Program-made: the position numbers and the translations under genes
Assembly (NCBI GenBank): GCA_013239625.1
Contig: MU053588.1
Coordinates: 1,575,988 to 1,621,207, forward strand
From: Lama guanicoe
Taxonomy: Eukaryota
Reading direction: 5' to 3'
DNA length: 45,220 nt
The notes under the pieces: model-generated
Database searches by the model: none
What the model was told of the DNA's origin: nothing
The model's input: only the letters and a program-made list of their open reading frames with translations
Part shown: positions 14,305-25,199 of the stretch, piece by piece
How positions within the stretch are numbered: the stretch's first letter is position 1
How the letters are laid out: every line of letters starts with the position of its first letter

Positions 14305-17089
14305 ATGGAGAAGGTGCAGGACGGACAGGCGCTCGGTGGCGGGATGGAGGCCGACCAGCCCGCAAGCCCCCAGGAGCCGCCGTCGCCGCCCTCGCCCCCG
14401 TCGCCGCGGTCGCCCGCGGCCCCCGAGGCCCCCGAGCTCCTCGCGCCCGAGCCGCCGACCGAGGCCTCCGCGCGGCAGCTGCTGCTGCAGGAGTGGGCGC
14501 CGCCGGGCGGGAGCCTGGAGCTGCCCCCTCGCCTCACCTGGAAGCTGCTCTTCCTGCGGCGGCCGCTCTACCGCAACCTGCTGCGCTCGCCCAACCCCGA
14601 AGGTGCGGGACGGCGGCCCGGCCGGGCTGGAGCCGCCCGAAGGCCGCCGCGTCCCCGTCTTCTTCCCCTAGGCTCGCTCACTCTGACCCTCTGTCTCTGC
14701 TTTCCGCCGCTCTCTTCTGTCTCTCCGTCTGTCTCTGCGTCTGTCTGCAACTCTTTATTCCTCTACATCATTCTCTACCTCTTTTCTCTCATTGTGCAGC
14801 TGTCTCCTTGCATCTCTCTGTCCCACCTGCATCTCCGTCTCTGTCCCTTTTCGTGTCTGTCTGTCTCTCCCTGTGTCTCTTTGTCCCACCCTGTACCTCT
14901 CTCCCTCTCCCTCTGCTCATATTCTCTTTCTCTCGGTGCCTGTCTCTCTGTCTCACCGCAAAGCCCTCCCGTTCCCAGCATTGTCCCTCGGTCCCCAGGA
15001 CCTTCCCAGGGCGCTCTCAGGGCCCTGACTCACTCATCCCTGCCAGGCTGGTCTGGCCTGACAGGCGTGGCACTGATTCCTGTCCTTCCAGCGGAGCCCT
15101 GGGGGCAGGGAGTGGGGAGCATGAGGAAGGTGGGCAGCCTCAGCTCGCCTGAGGCTCCACTTCCCTGCACATTTCAGGCATCAACATCTACGAGCCAGCG
15201 CCCCCTACTGGTCCCACCCAGAAGCCCCTGGAGGCCCTGGGTAAGCTATTTGTGGCTGGCCGGGTGGGGAGGGGGTGGTCCTGGAGAATAGGTGCATTCT
15301 AATCCTTCACTCCTCCACCTGCCAGGCAATTTCCGTGGGTGGCACATTAGGACTGAGAATCTCCAGCAGAACCTCAGGTGAGTGGCCAGGACCCGTGTGG
15401 TCTGAGTGTGACTCCCTGCTCTCGCATTCCTTGCTGTGGGACCTGGAGTAACTCTCTTTGACTCTCTGGGCCCCAGTCTCCTGCTCTGTAAACAGAGTTC
15501 GTCATAAGAGAGAACATATGGCAAAGGATCTGACCAGGACTAGCTTGCACATAGTAGGTGGTCAATAAATAGCAGCTAATACTGTTTCTGCGCTCAGCCT
15601 TTCTGTGGGAGGTGGAGGCTCAGCCAGGCCACCAGCTGTTCTCGATTAAACCAGGCCCTGCTTCTGCACAGAGGGTGAGACGGAGTGACTCAGGGGCTCA
15701 GAGTTATGCATCCCAGGGTTGGGCTCCCAGCTCTGCCATTTCTTTTCTTCTTAATCTTGGCAAATTACTTCCCTTAGTGAGCCTCGGTTTCCAGTTTCCC
15801 CATCTGCAGCCCGGGGTTCAGAATGCATCACCCTTAGAGGAGCTTGTGCAAGCTGAGTCTGCGAGGTGCTGAGTGAGGGCTCAGGGCCTCTATGTGGGTG
15901 CCCTTGACATCACTTCGATGTCAGGATGCCTGCCATGATCAGGGTGTCCTGCTTCTGGGGGATGCCTGAGAATCCCAGCAAGTGACAGACCTCACCTCCT
16001 TCATGCCCTCTCTCACAGCTGGACTGTGAAGCAGCAGTGTGTGGACCTTCTGGCCGAGGGCTTGTGGGAGGAGCTGCTAGATGATGAACAGCCACACATC
16101 ACGGTCATGGACTGGTACGTGCCTCTGCCCAGCCAGCCTGACCAGCCAGGTGGCACACAGGGTCTCCTCAAAGGGCAAGCCTCACCCTGTCCTGCCGCTG
16201 CAGGATCCAGCCCTGCCCACCTCTCTGGCCCCTTCTCTCTGATTCTCAGTTGTTCAAACATGCCAGCCCAGAGGCTGTTCCTTCTTCCCTGGATCCTGGC
16301 CACCCTCTTTTCTAGAAACAAATTCCTCCCTCTCCTTTAAGAGTCGGTGCACATGGCTCCACCAGGAAGCGTTCCCTGACCACTGCCAAACTGGGTCAGA
16401 TGCATTATGTTCCAGTGCCCCAGATGTCCCCCACCCCAGCCCTGACCATTCCTGATTGTCACTGCCTGGTGACATGTCTGCCTCCCCCACTGGACCATGA
16501 ATCCCATGAAGGCAGGGCAGGGGGCTGTCGTGGTCACTGCTGTGTGGCCAGCACCACCCATCTCCAGTGCACAGAGTGGATGCCAGTGAGTGTGTGTTGA
16601 ATGGTGACAGAGCCAGGGGTTGGAACTGGGAGCTTGGGGCAGTGGTGGCAGCTGATGGCCTGGCCCCCACCCCCAGGTATGAGGACAGCCGGCTGGACGT
16701 GTGTGTGTATGAGCTGCACGTCTGGCTGCTGGCAGCTGACCGCCGCACAGTCATTGCACAGCACCATGTGGCCCCCCGGACGTCTGGGAGAGGGCCCCCC
16801 GGCCGCTGGGTCCAGGTGAGGCTCCCTACTGCGGCCACCACCCGTACCCACGTGGTCATGTCCCAAGACTTCGCAGAGGGAGGAGGGAGGAGAGCAGGAT
16901 TTCTGGGTCCCTAATAAGGACTTCTTCCTGACACCGGGGCTTCCACAGGTGTCCCACGTGTTCCGCCAGTATGGCCCCGGCGTGCGCTTTGTCCATTTCC
17001 TGCACAAGTCCAAGAACCGGCTGGAGCATGGTGGGCTGCGGCGGACCAGGGTGACCGACTCCTCCGTGTCTGTACAGTTCAGGGAGTGA
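14305..17089 (+). CDS. NCCRP1: NCCRP1 (FBXO50), F-box-associated (FBA) domain protein, 6 coding exons, 262 aa
   Basis: GT-AG exons 14305-14602, 15178-15240, 15326-15377, 16019-16114, 16677-16815 and 16949-17089 total 789 nt in frame: MEKVQDGQALGGGMEAD...LYRNLLRSPNPEG/INIYEPAPP.../SWTVKQQCVDLLAEGLWEELLDDEQP.../VSHVFRQYGPGVRFVHF...VSVQFRE*. Exon 1 lies in a CpG island. Confidence 0.95.
14660..14960. repeat. CT-rich low-complexity tract in NCCRP1 intron 1
   Basis: Long polypyrimidine run of tctctg/tctctc units. Confidence 0.7.
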
Positions 17090-18543
17090 CGGGCTAACTC
17101 CGGGCCCATGCTGACCCCTTGTCTCACCCATACACCCCTTGAAACCTCCCTGAGCCGTTAGCATCTCTTTGTCTCCTTATCACTTCTGGCCTCTTAGCAT
17201 CTCTCTGACCCCACAGCAGCTCCCTGGCCCTTAGAAGTCCCTAACCCTTAGCACCTCCTTGTCCCTGAAGCGCCACCATGTTCCCTTAGCACCTCCCTGC
17301 TCCCTTGATACCCTCATGACCCGTCAGCTGCTCCAGGATCACTTATCACCTCCTACACCCCTTAATCCTGCCTGGCCCTTGGTTTCTCATTTGACATCTC
17401 CACACATCTTTGAATGTCTGACTCTCTGGCATTTTCTCCGCCCTCTCTGAGTACCACGAGGGTAGTGGCACTTCTTCCAGTGCTTGATGGATGGTAGGGG
17501 CTCAATAAATCTTTGTTGGCTGAAATAAATAAAAACACGTGCCCAAGGATGCTGACTATTTCCTTGCTGTTTGCTCCTTCGAACTTGACCAAGTTCATTT
17601 CCCACTTGTGCATCCTCTAATCCTTGATCCTCCAGCCTCTCACAACCCCTGAACCTTTTACACCTCCCTTGACCTCTGATCTCTTCACTTATCCCCAATG
17701 TACGACCTCCAAGCATCTCTGCTTACCTCTTCTGCCATATCTCTTAACTCTCAGAATCTCCCCCAATTCCCTTCCTCCTTCCAACCCCAGCTGTCAGCCC
17801 CCTAGAGTTGTGCCCCTACCTCTCTCCTCTCCAAGACCCCTCATTTCTTTTCTCTAGTTCCTTCTCTACCTCCTCCCAAACCCAGCTATCCATCAAGGGC
17901 CCTTACCCTTGGGAGAAGTAGGGGAACATAGGTTGAAAAGTCGAATTTGCAGAAAGATGCAAATTTGAACTAAAGTGGTCTCCAGGTGTTGGGGAGGGAG
18001 GCATTGAAAGTATTTAACAACCCATAAGTCCTGGGCTGTGGCCAAATCACAAAACAGACCCTGGCCCTAGCCTGGGGTAGGGTCCTTGAAGGCCTCCTTC
18101 TGTCCCATGCATGAATTCTGAGGGAATCCAGAGGTCCCGGGCAGGCCTGAAGAATCGGGGAGCTTTTAGAGAAGGGCTGTCCACCAAAAGTGTGGGAAGC
18201 AGTTAGACGTTTAACAATCTGCATGTCACATGTGTCCTGTGGTGGGGGGTGTGCACACACCTAAATCCATGTCAGGACCCATGTCCCTGGCATGGGCTGA
18301 CCCAGGCCTCACCACCATGCTCTCCTCACCATCCCACCCTGTGTTCATGTGGACTCGGGTCCCGAGAACAGTAGACAGCAGACCGGGATGACTTACAAGG
18401 GCTGTATTACAAGGAAGGCAGGGTGGGGGCAGGCAGAAAGCTCTCTTCTCTTGGATCTTGGGGACTTCAGCAGATGCCACGGACAAGGCCAGGTGAGGGC
18501 CTCAGCAATTTGTGGAGGATGGAGGTGACAGACCTCTAAGGTA

Positions 18544-19872
18544 TCAGTTGCAACTGCAACAGAATCAAAAATTATTACTACAGGATGCCAGGGGCTCAGA
18601 GACTTAAAGTGTGGAGAGTTCTAAGCCTGAGAAGGGGTGGGAAGCTGGAGCTGGGCTTGAAGTTCAGGAGCTAGGCATCCTGGCCTGGGAGTTTGGGCCT
18701 GGGGGCTCCTGGAGCTCTTGGGGATAGAGGGGCAGCTGGGGGTGGTTTTAGAGGGCGTTCTGGCTAGATCAAGGGCCGCGAAGTCTGTGAGCGTGGATAT
18801 GTGAGTCCAGGGTGGGTTCAGGGGCCTCCAAAGTTGGGTCTGGGGGCTTCAGAACCTTCACAGGGGCTCTGGAACTGGTTTCTCCGGCCACAGCCACGGT
18901 TGCACTAGAAGGCCTAGGTGGGTGGAGCATGAGGGCTAGATAGGATATTCCTAGACTTAGGTCTGGGGCCTTGAGTTCTGGGTCAAATGTAGAATCTGGA
19001 AGTTCCAGAGACAGGTCTGAGAGTTCTGGGATCTGATGACTTGGGGGTGGGGAAGAACTGGTTTTGGTTCTGAGGGCTTCAGGGTGAGCTAGGCTTGGGG
19101 ACTCCGGAGTTAGTCTGCACTCCCTGGAAAGTGCAGCTGCCAGTAGGTAGGCAGGTGGGGGATTCAGGAAGGTTGGAGGGGGCACTCCCAGAATGGAGGC
19201 AGGAGGGTTGGGTCAGCTTCTGAGTCTGGGAATCTCAGAGTTGGGTCTGGGAGATCCAAGGGGCATGGGCTTGGGGGGAGGTGGGGGTTGGGGTGAGGAG
19301 AAGGGGGATCTCCAGGACTGGTTCTAAGGATGCCCAATTTGGGTCAAAGATTCAGGGGGCGGGGCGGGGGGTGCGGTCTGGAGCCCCGGTGCTGGGTTGG
19401 GAGCTGGGGAAGCAGATGTGCGGACTAGGAGACACTGGCGGGGCGGGGTCCGGACGGGCGCGGGCGCGCACCTGCAGTAGAGCGCGGAGATGGCGTTGGA
19501 CCAGTCCCCGAAGATGCCGCGGCGGTACTCTTCCAGGCGCGGGTAGGTGCCGGCCGAGAACTTGCGCTTCTTGCCGGCCTTGCCGCGAATGGACCACACG
19601 GTGAGCTCGCAGCGCTGGCCCACCACGAGCGACGAGATGACGTTCGTCCAGTCAGAGGGCAGGTAGGGCAGGTCGGCGCCCGGCTGCAACGCCAGCTCGG
19701 CGCCGCCGCAGCAGTTCTCGTAGTAGGGGTCGCTCTTGTCGTAGAGCTTGGCGCACGTGCGCGTCCCGTTGGCGCTCTTGAGGTCGGCGGGCACCGGGCA
19801 GGCGCCTCGGACGCCGGGTCCGGCCACCAGGGCCAGGGCCAGGGCCAGCAGCAGTGGGCACAGCGGGGACAT
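18544..19872 (-). CDS. SYCN: Syncollin, 2 coding exons, 136 aa precursor
   Basis: Exon 1 is 19872-19472 ([32 protein letters not shown]...[18 protein letters not shown]...[10 protein letters not shown] + AG, donor gtgcgc). Exon 2 is 18553-18544 after ttctgttgcag (T TGC AAC TGA), giving ...YCSCN*. Signal peptide present; synteny NCCRP1-SYCN-IFNL. Confidence 0.93.
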
Positions 19873-19903
19873 GGTGACACTGCGAAGCGACGCCCCCATG
19901 TCC

Positions 19904-19948
19904 TTTTATGCATCTGATCCGTGGGAAAGGAGAAGCTGCGAGATAAGG
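19904..19948 (-). promoter_or_regulatory. SYCN proximal promoter: TATA-like box, E-box, RBPJ-type site, GATA site
   Basis: Minus-strand CATAAAA at 19910-19904; CATCTG E-box at 19911-19916; CGTGGGAAA at 19920-19928; AGATAAG at 19941-19947. Confidence 0.55.
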
Positions 19949-21879
19949 ACTTGGGGAGGGAAGGGGAGGGCGCCCCTCTCCCAGGAGCAGGGAGACCGTA
20001 TTAAGCAGGTCAAAAACCCAGACGGAAGAGTACAAGACAGACTTATTTGTAGCAAATTAGCAGCTTAAGATTTTATGTGGCAAATAGCAGGACCAGTGAC
20101 TTGCAATACAAAGGGCAGCATAGGATTAATAGCTCTAGGTAGGAAGCGCTCTTAAAAATTGACAAGGAATGAAATAACCCCCTTCCAAACAAGGAGAGAC
20201 CCAGCGAGGGGAGAGGGGGAGGGGGCTGGGCTTCCAGGCTGGGCAGGTCTCCTACCCGGACACAGGACCTTGGGAAAGGAAAAGCTGGAGATAAGGAGAG
20301 AGAGACCCTGGCGGGGAAGGGAGAGGAGGGGTGGAGATGGGGAGGGAGACCCTGTTCCCACCTCCCCCGAACCAGGAGATCCAGACCAAGGTTGAGATGT
20401 TGATAGATATATTTGCATAACAAAAACCATTGCGAGGTACAAAAGGCTTGGGGAAAAATTTGCAACACTTGGGGCCATGTAGAATTAGTAGCTATAATAT
20501 ATAAAGAGGGCTTACAAATTGACAAGATATCAAGATCCCCTCTTCCAAGGACAAGCCAAAGAGGGAGAGACTGAGGAAAGAGGAAACTGCCACCCCCTTA
20601 TTCCCACTCCCAAGGAGCCAGGAGATTTTCCTAACTAAGTTTGGATAACTTGAATCTATAAAATAAATAAAGATCCTATTGAGCTGTATAAAACTTAAAC
20701 TTTTTGTAATAGCAACAAAAAAGAACAAACAAAATCCTCATGGGGGAAAACAGACAATTCTTGTACAGTGAGTGCTTACTAATCAGCAGGCAGCAGTGAC
20801 ACAAGTCTAAGGCAAAATTAAGCAGCTGTACAGGAATGTTAGGGAGGCTGGGACCTCAGGGAGATACAGGGCCCCCGGCATCTGGTTGTGTGACCAAGGC
20901 CCTTTAGAGACTTTTTGGAGTTCCTGGCCTCCTGCCAGATGAGCACAGGGTCAAAAGTGTGGGTGAGCTGATCAGACAGACAGTGGTTCAAGTCTGTGGC
21001 TCCCTGGGTGAGTCCAAGTCTGGGCCTCAGTTTCCTCATCTGTAAAATGGGTGAATTTTCTTCCTACACTGTAGGATTGTTGTGAAGAGTACAAGGGATA
21101 GTAGAAAGTATGGGGGCTAAAGGAACAGCCTGTGGAGCCAGGCTGTCTGGAGCCAGATCCCAGCTCCTCCACAAGCTTTTGCACAGGATTCCATCTTAGG
21201 GCCTCATGGAGACAATGAGGGTATCCACCTCAGAACACTGGTGTAAGGAGTATGAATTAATCCACATAACCGTGCTGAGAATAGGGCCCTTGCTTAGCGC
21301 CATACAAGCATCTGCCATATTATTATTATGAGAGCCCTTAGTGCAGTGCCTGGCACACAATAAGGGCTCGATAAACGTAAACCAGAAAAACACATCTGCT
21401 CTTGACCACGGCCACTCAGCTGACCCTGATCCCTCCTGGGCCCCCAGATGCCTTGGCCAGGGTAAGGTTAAGAGGTTAAGAGCCAAAGGCTGGGAACACT
21501 TGAAACTAGGTTCACATTTTGACTCTGTCACCTTGCTGAATGACCTTGGGCAAGTGAACTCACCTCTCTGAGCTTTTCCTCCTACCTTCAAGGGGATACT
21601 AGAAAATGATCATCAAAATAGAAAAGGATAATAGAAAATTACTGTATCAAGGCATTTATAACTAATAGAATATTAGGAACCATTCACATAATTGTGACAT
21701 AAATATAATATAAATACTGCATGTGAGATATTGAATAAATGCAACTGTATAAATATATTTATAAATAACAGTATAAATATAATATTAAAAACAATATGAA
21801 TATAAAGCATGAAGTCCAGTATGTGCTCAATAAGCAGGAATTACTAGGACTGTTCTTAATACTTTCTTTTCCCTCTTTA

Positions 21880-21956
21880 CAGAGGGACTGGGGATTGAAC
21901 CCAGAACCTCGTGCGTGCCAAGCACACGCTCTACCACTGACCTATACCCCGCACCC
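21880..21956 (-). mobile_element. tRNA-derived SINE (Vic-1-like, camelid type)
   Basis: Reverse strand reads ggggtataggtcagtggtagagcgtgtgcttggcacgcacgaggttctgggttcaatccccagt, with A and B boxes. Confidence 0.75.
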
Positions 21957-23090
21957 TATTAAGACTATTCTTATAATGGCTCCGAGACCCTACCCTGACC
22001 TGGGCCTGCCTCAGACCAGACCTGGATCCTTCTCCCTCCTTTCCTCTTGTGACCTTGTGAAATCTAATCTCCAGCCGCTAACTTCCCAGCTGGCCTCCTT
22101 AACCTCAGGGGCACAGAGTTCCCACCATCCCAGCTGTGCAAGGGCATCTGGACTCAGGGATGGACACAGTCACCTAGAACCCCAGCCACTCAGGAGGGCC
22201 GTGAGTTTCTGACATGGAGAGCGACATGGGATAGTGAGGAGACCCCGACAGAGAGCCAGACCATGGACAGGAACACAGGACCCATGGGGCCAGAGCACAC
22301 AGCCAGCGTCAGAGAGAACCCATGGAGACCCAGGACATGGGCACAGCATCCCCAACCCTGGGACAGACACACGGGCAGTGGGGTAGGGACACTCCTTCAC
22401 ACGGTCAGCCACTGATGATCACTGATTCTCACTGGTGGATCCTAGAGGGCTACACATATTGAATGTAGACACATGCTTGTGTCCCAGAGAAACACAGTCC
22501 CAGGCAATGCCCTACTCCCTGTAGAATCAGACACCCACAGCCACCAAGAAGCTCCCAGCCCTCAACCGCTACCCCCCTACACTCCATGAAATCTCAAATC
22601 ACAAACCCCCATGCCCACATCTAACATGCCCATATGAGCACCCACCAGGCATCTTCATCCAGAAACAATTTCCTCACTGTTAATAAGACAAACTGGACAA
22701 ATAGTAGAAAAATAAACATCTCCTTATTACACTTTTTTTTTCTTCAAATGGAAAAATGTCCTTGAGGAACCCATGAACCTTTTGAGAAAGTCAGAAGGTA
22801 AACCAACAATTCGAACACAATGTGAAAAGAGTTATAAAGGACTCTAGGAATACAGTGGGAAGAATAGCAGGCTTATAAAAAAAATCCACCAATATATTTT
22901 GATTCATGTAATAGGAAAAAACCCTCTTTTTAGATGTCACACTTTGATTTGACATTTTTCATTAGACCATAAAAAAGGAGATTGGTATACATGTGAAATT
23001 GTCACTGGAAGTTTTTGTCTCCATCAAGGTGGAACCAAAACATAAATAACATGATAGGTGACACATAAGTTAAATGAAAATGCTAAGTCT

Positions 23091-23189
23091 GGTGGAAGGG
23101 TATAGCTCAGGGGTAGAGCACAAGCTTAGCATGCACAAGGTCCTGGGTTCAATCTCCAGTACCTCCATTTTCAAAAATTTTTTAAAAAA
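23091..23189 (+). mobile_element. tRNA-derived SINE (Vic-1-like) with target-site duplication
   Basis: gggtatagctcaggggtagagc...ggtcctgggttcaatctccagtacctcc plus A-rich tail; TSD gaaaatgctaagtct (23076-23090) / gaaaatactaaatct (23190-23204). Confidence 0.8.
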
Positions 23190-23315
23190 GAAAATACTAA
23201 ATCTGCTGCATAAATACAGGAAAATCACATCAGCAATTAAGTTCACACTAGATCACGGGAATGCATTACACTTCTGTAAGAATAGGTCACTGACTGGGAT
23301 CATTTCTATATAATC

Positions 23316-23445
23316 CTTTTTTTTTTTAATGTTTTTTTGAGGAGAGTTAATTAGGTGTTGTTTTTTTTTTAATGGAGGTACTAGGGATTGAATCCAGGAC
23401 CACGTGCATGCGCTCTACCACTGAGCTCTACCCTTCCAACCCCTG
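23316..23445 (-). mobile_element. tRNA-derived SINE (Vic-1-like), internally deleted
   Basis: T-rich tail, then aatggaggtactagggattgaatccaggacc...ctctaccactgagctctaccc. Confidence 0.7.
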
Positions 23446-24119
23446 CCTGCCCCTCCTCAACAGTTTGAGTTTTAAACGTTCTCTTGGTAACTTGATGCTG
23501 GAGTTTGAGAACCACTAGGTTAGGGCTTTGGCCTCCTAACACTTCATATGTCACTGGTTGTTTATTACATCTAGAATTTCTATATTGATACCTCAATTTG
23601 CTCAGCTCCTATAAAGTTTATTTTACATAAATTTCCAAACAAATTATTAAACAAAATTCCATTAGCAATAGAATACGGAACATCTCTGGGGATCCCAGAT
23701 GCAGCGGCGTAAGACAGGGCCTGGTACCCAAATGCTGGAAATGAACTTGAATCTTCCCCAAAACAGACAAAAAGTCAGTCATCATCTAACTTCAAGACGT
23801 GGCTGAAGACCATTTTCTCAGCTACATCTGCTCCAGGTGAGGCGCCTATCTGTAAGGCTCCCATCTGTAAGGCTCCCTGGGTCCCACGACCCCTTTGTGG
23901 TCTAGGCCAGAGCTACCCAACCTTCACTGGGCTGCAAATTACTTGAGGGTGAGGTGGGGCGGGGAGGGTCCTGTTAAGATGCAGATCCCAGTTCAGCAGG
24001 TCTGGAGTAGGATTTCGGTTCCGCCATTTCCTACCAGCTCCCAGGTGATTTCAGGCTGCTGGGGGGCATTGAGTAAGGCTGACACGCCCAGCTGAGACAG
24101 ATACAGCAAGAAGACAGCT

Positions 24120-24560
24120 CCAAACAGGCCACCTGCCACCAGGAGGGCGTGGCGGGAATTCAGAAGTGAGCCAGGCCCCGGGGGGCCGGGGGAGGGGGCG
24201 GGAAGAGGTCGGGGAACACGGGATGGTTGAAGCTGGAAGAAAAATTCAAATGACATTTCGGAAGGAAGCTTGTGGCAGAAGCAGAGTCTGAAATTCCCGA
24301 GGGCTGCAGCAGCTTGGGCTCGAGAGCCCCGGCAGGTGGGCCGTGGAAAGCCTACTCACCCCGGGGCGCGGACGGTTTCGCGGGCGCCCGCCGCGTCGGG
24401 GGAGGCTGGTCGCACTCGCAAGGTGGCGCCAAAGCACAGAGATTCCTGTCGCGGGCTGGGGCGTGCTGGGGCCTGGGTTCAAATCCCCACTCTGCCACTT
24501 ACGTGCTGCGCGAACCCGGAAACTCGCTCAACCTCCCTGAACTTCTGTGTCCTCGTGTGT
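24120..24560. promoter_or_regulatory. Orphan CpG-rich island with CTCF-like motif
   Basis: Dense CpG (ccggggcgcggacggtttcgcgggcgcccgccgcgtcg); CTCGCAAGGTGGCGCCA at 24415-24431 resembles the CTCF core; no coding exon nearby. Confidence 0.5.
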
Positions 24561-25199
24561 GAAGTGGAGACAATACACACAAAAGCTAGTTACCTCTTCT
24601 AGTGTTGAGGCTTGCAAGGAACATTTCCTTTCTTTTTATTTTATTGTATTATATAATTTTTAGAGGTTACAGAGATCAGAAGAGAAGAAATAAAATTATA
24701 TGCAGTTGACATAATTGTCTACATAGAACAATGCCCACAGTAGAACTTAATGACTTTTTGGTGACAAATCTCTCCCAGCCAATCTCTACCCTGACAATAG
24801 TCATCCCAGGTTTAGAACCACGGGAGGGTTGAGTGAATGAACCACAAACACAAGTTTGACCCACATCCCTAAGAATCTTCACAGATACAGACCCTAGGTC
24901 CATGATAGAGCCATTGTCCCACTGATCTGATCCAGCCAAAGCCTCCTTTGGATATCTTATTACTTGGTGTAATGATTGCTTGTAGTGTTTAAGTCACTTA
25001 CAATGAAATATTCCATTGCTGATAGCTGAAAACATCCTTAATGAGCCTTTCACTCCTCATTCTTTCTTTCTTTCATATTCTTTCCCTCTCCTTCTCTTCC
25101 CTCTCCCCATGGCCATCCACACACACTCAGAAGGCCAGTCACGTACAGGCTGCATGGTCCATGGCAGGTGCTGCATGAATGACATTGTTTTCCAGGATG

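Noticed and set aside
13990..15291. 433-aa ORF, the longest in the track
   Set aside because: It is NCCRP1 exon 1 plus upstream sequence and read-through into a CT-rich intron that lacks stops; the real CDS splices at 14602.
17504..17533. AATAAA cluster as the NCCRP1 polyA site
   Set aside because: Context (ctcaataaatctttgttggctgaa) resembles an L2/MIR tail; it may be used but cannot be supported from sequence alone.
21600..21810. Very AT-rich stretch
   Set aside because: Low-complexity sequence with no regular period or recognisable structure.
23091..23170. tRNA-like sequences with A and B boxes (also at 21880, 23370, 27749, 29110)
   Set aside because: A-rich tails, TSDs and degenerate stems identify them as SINEs, not tRNA genes.
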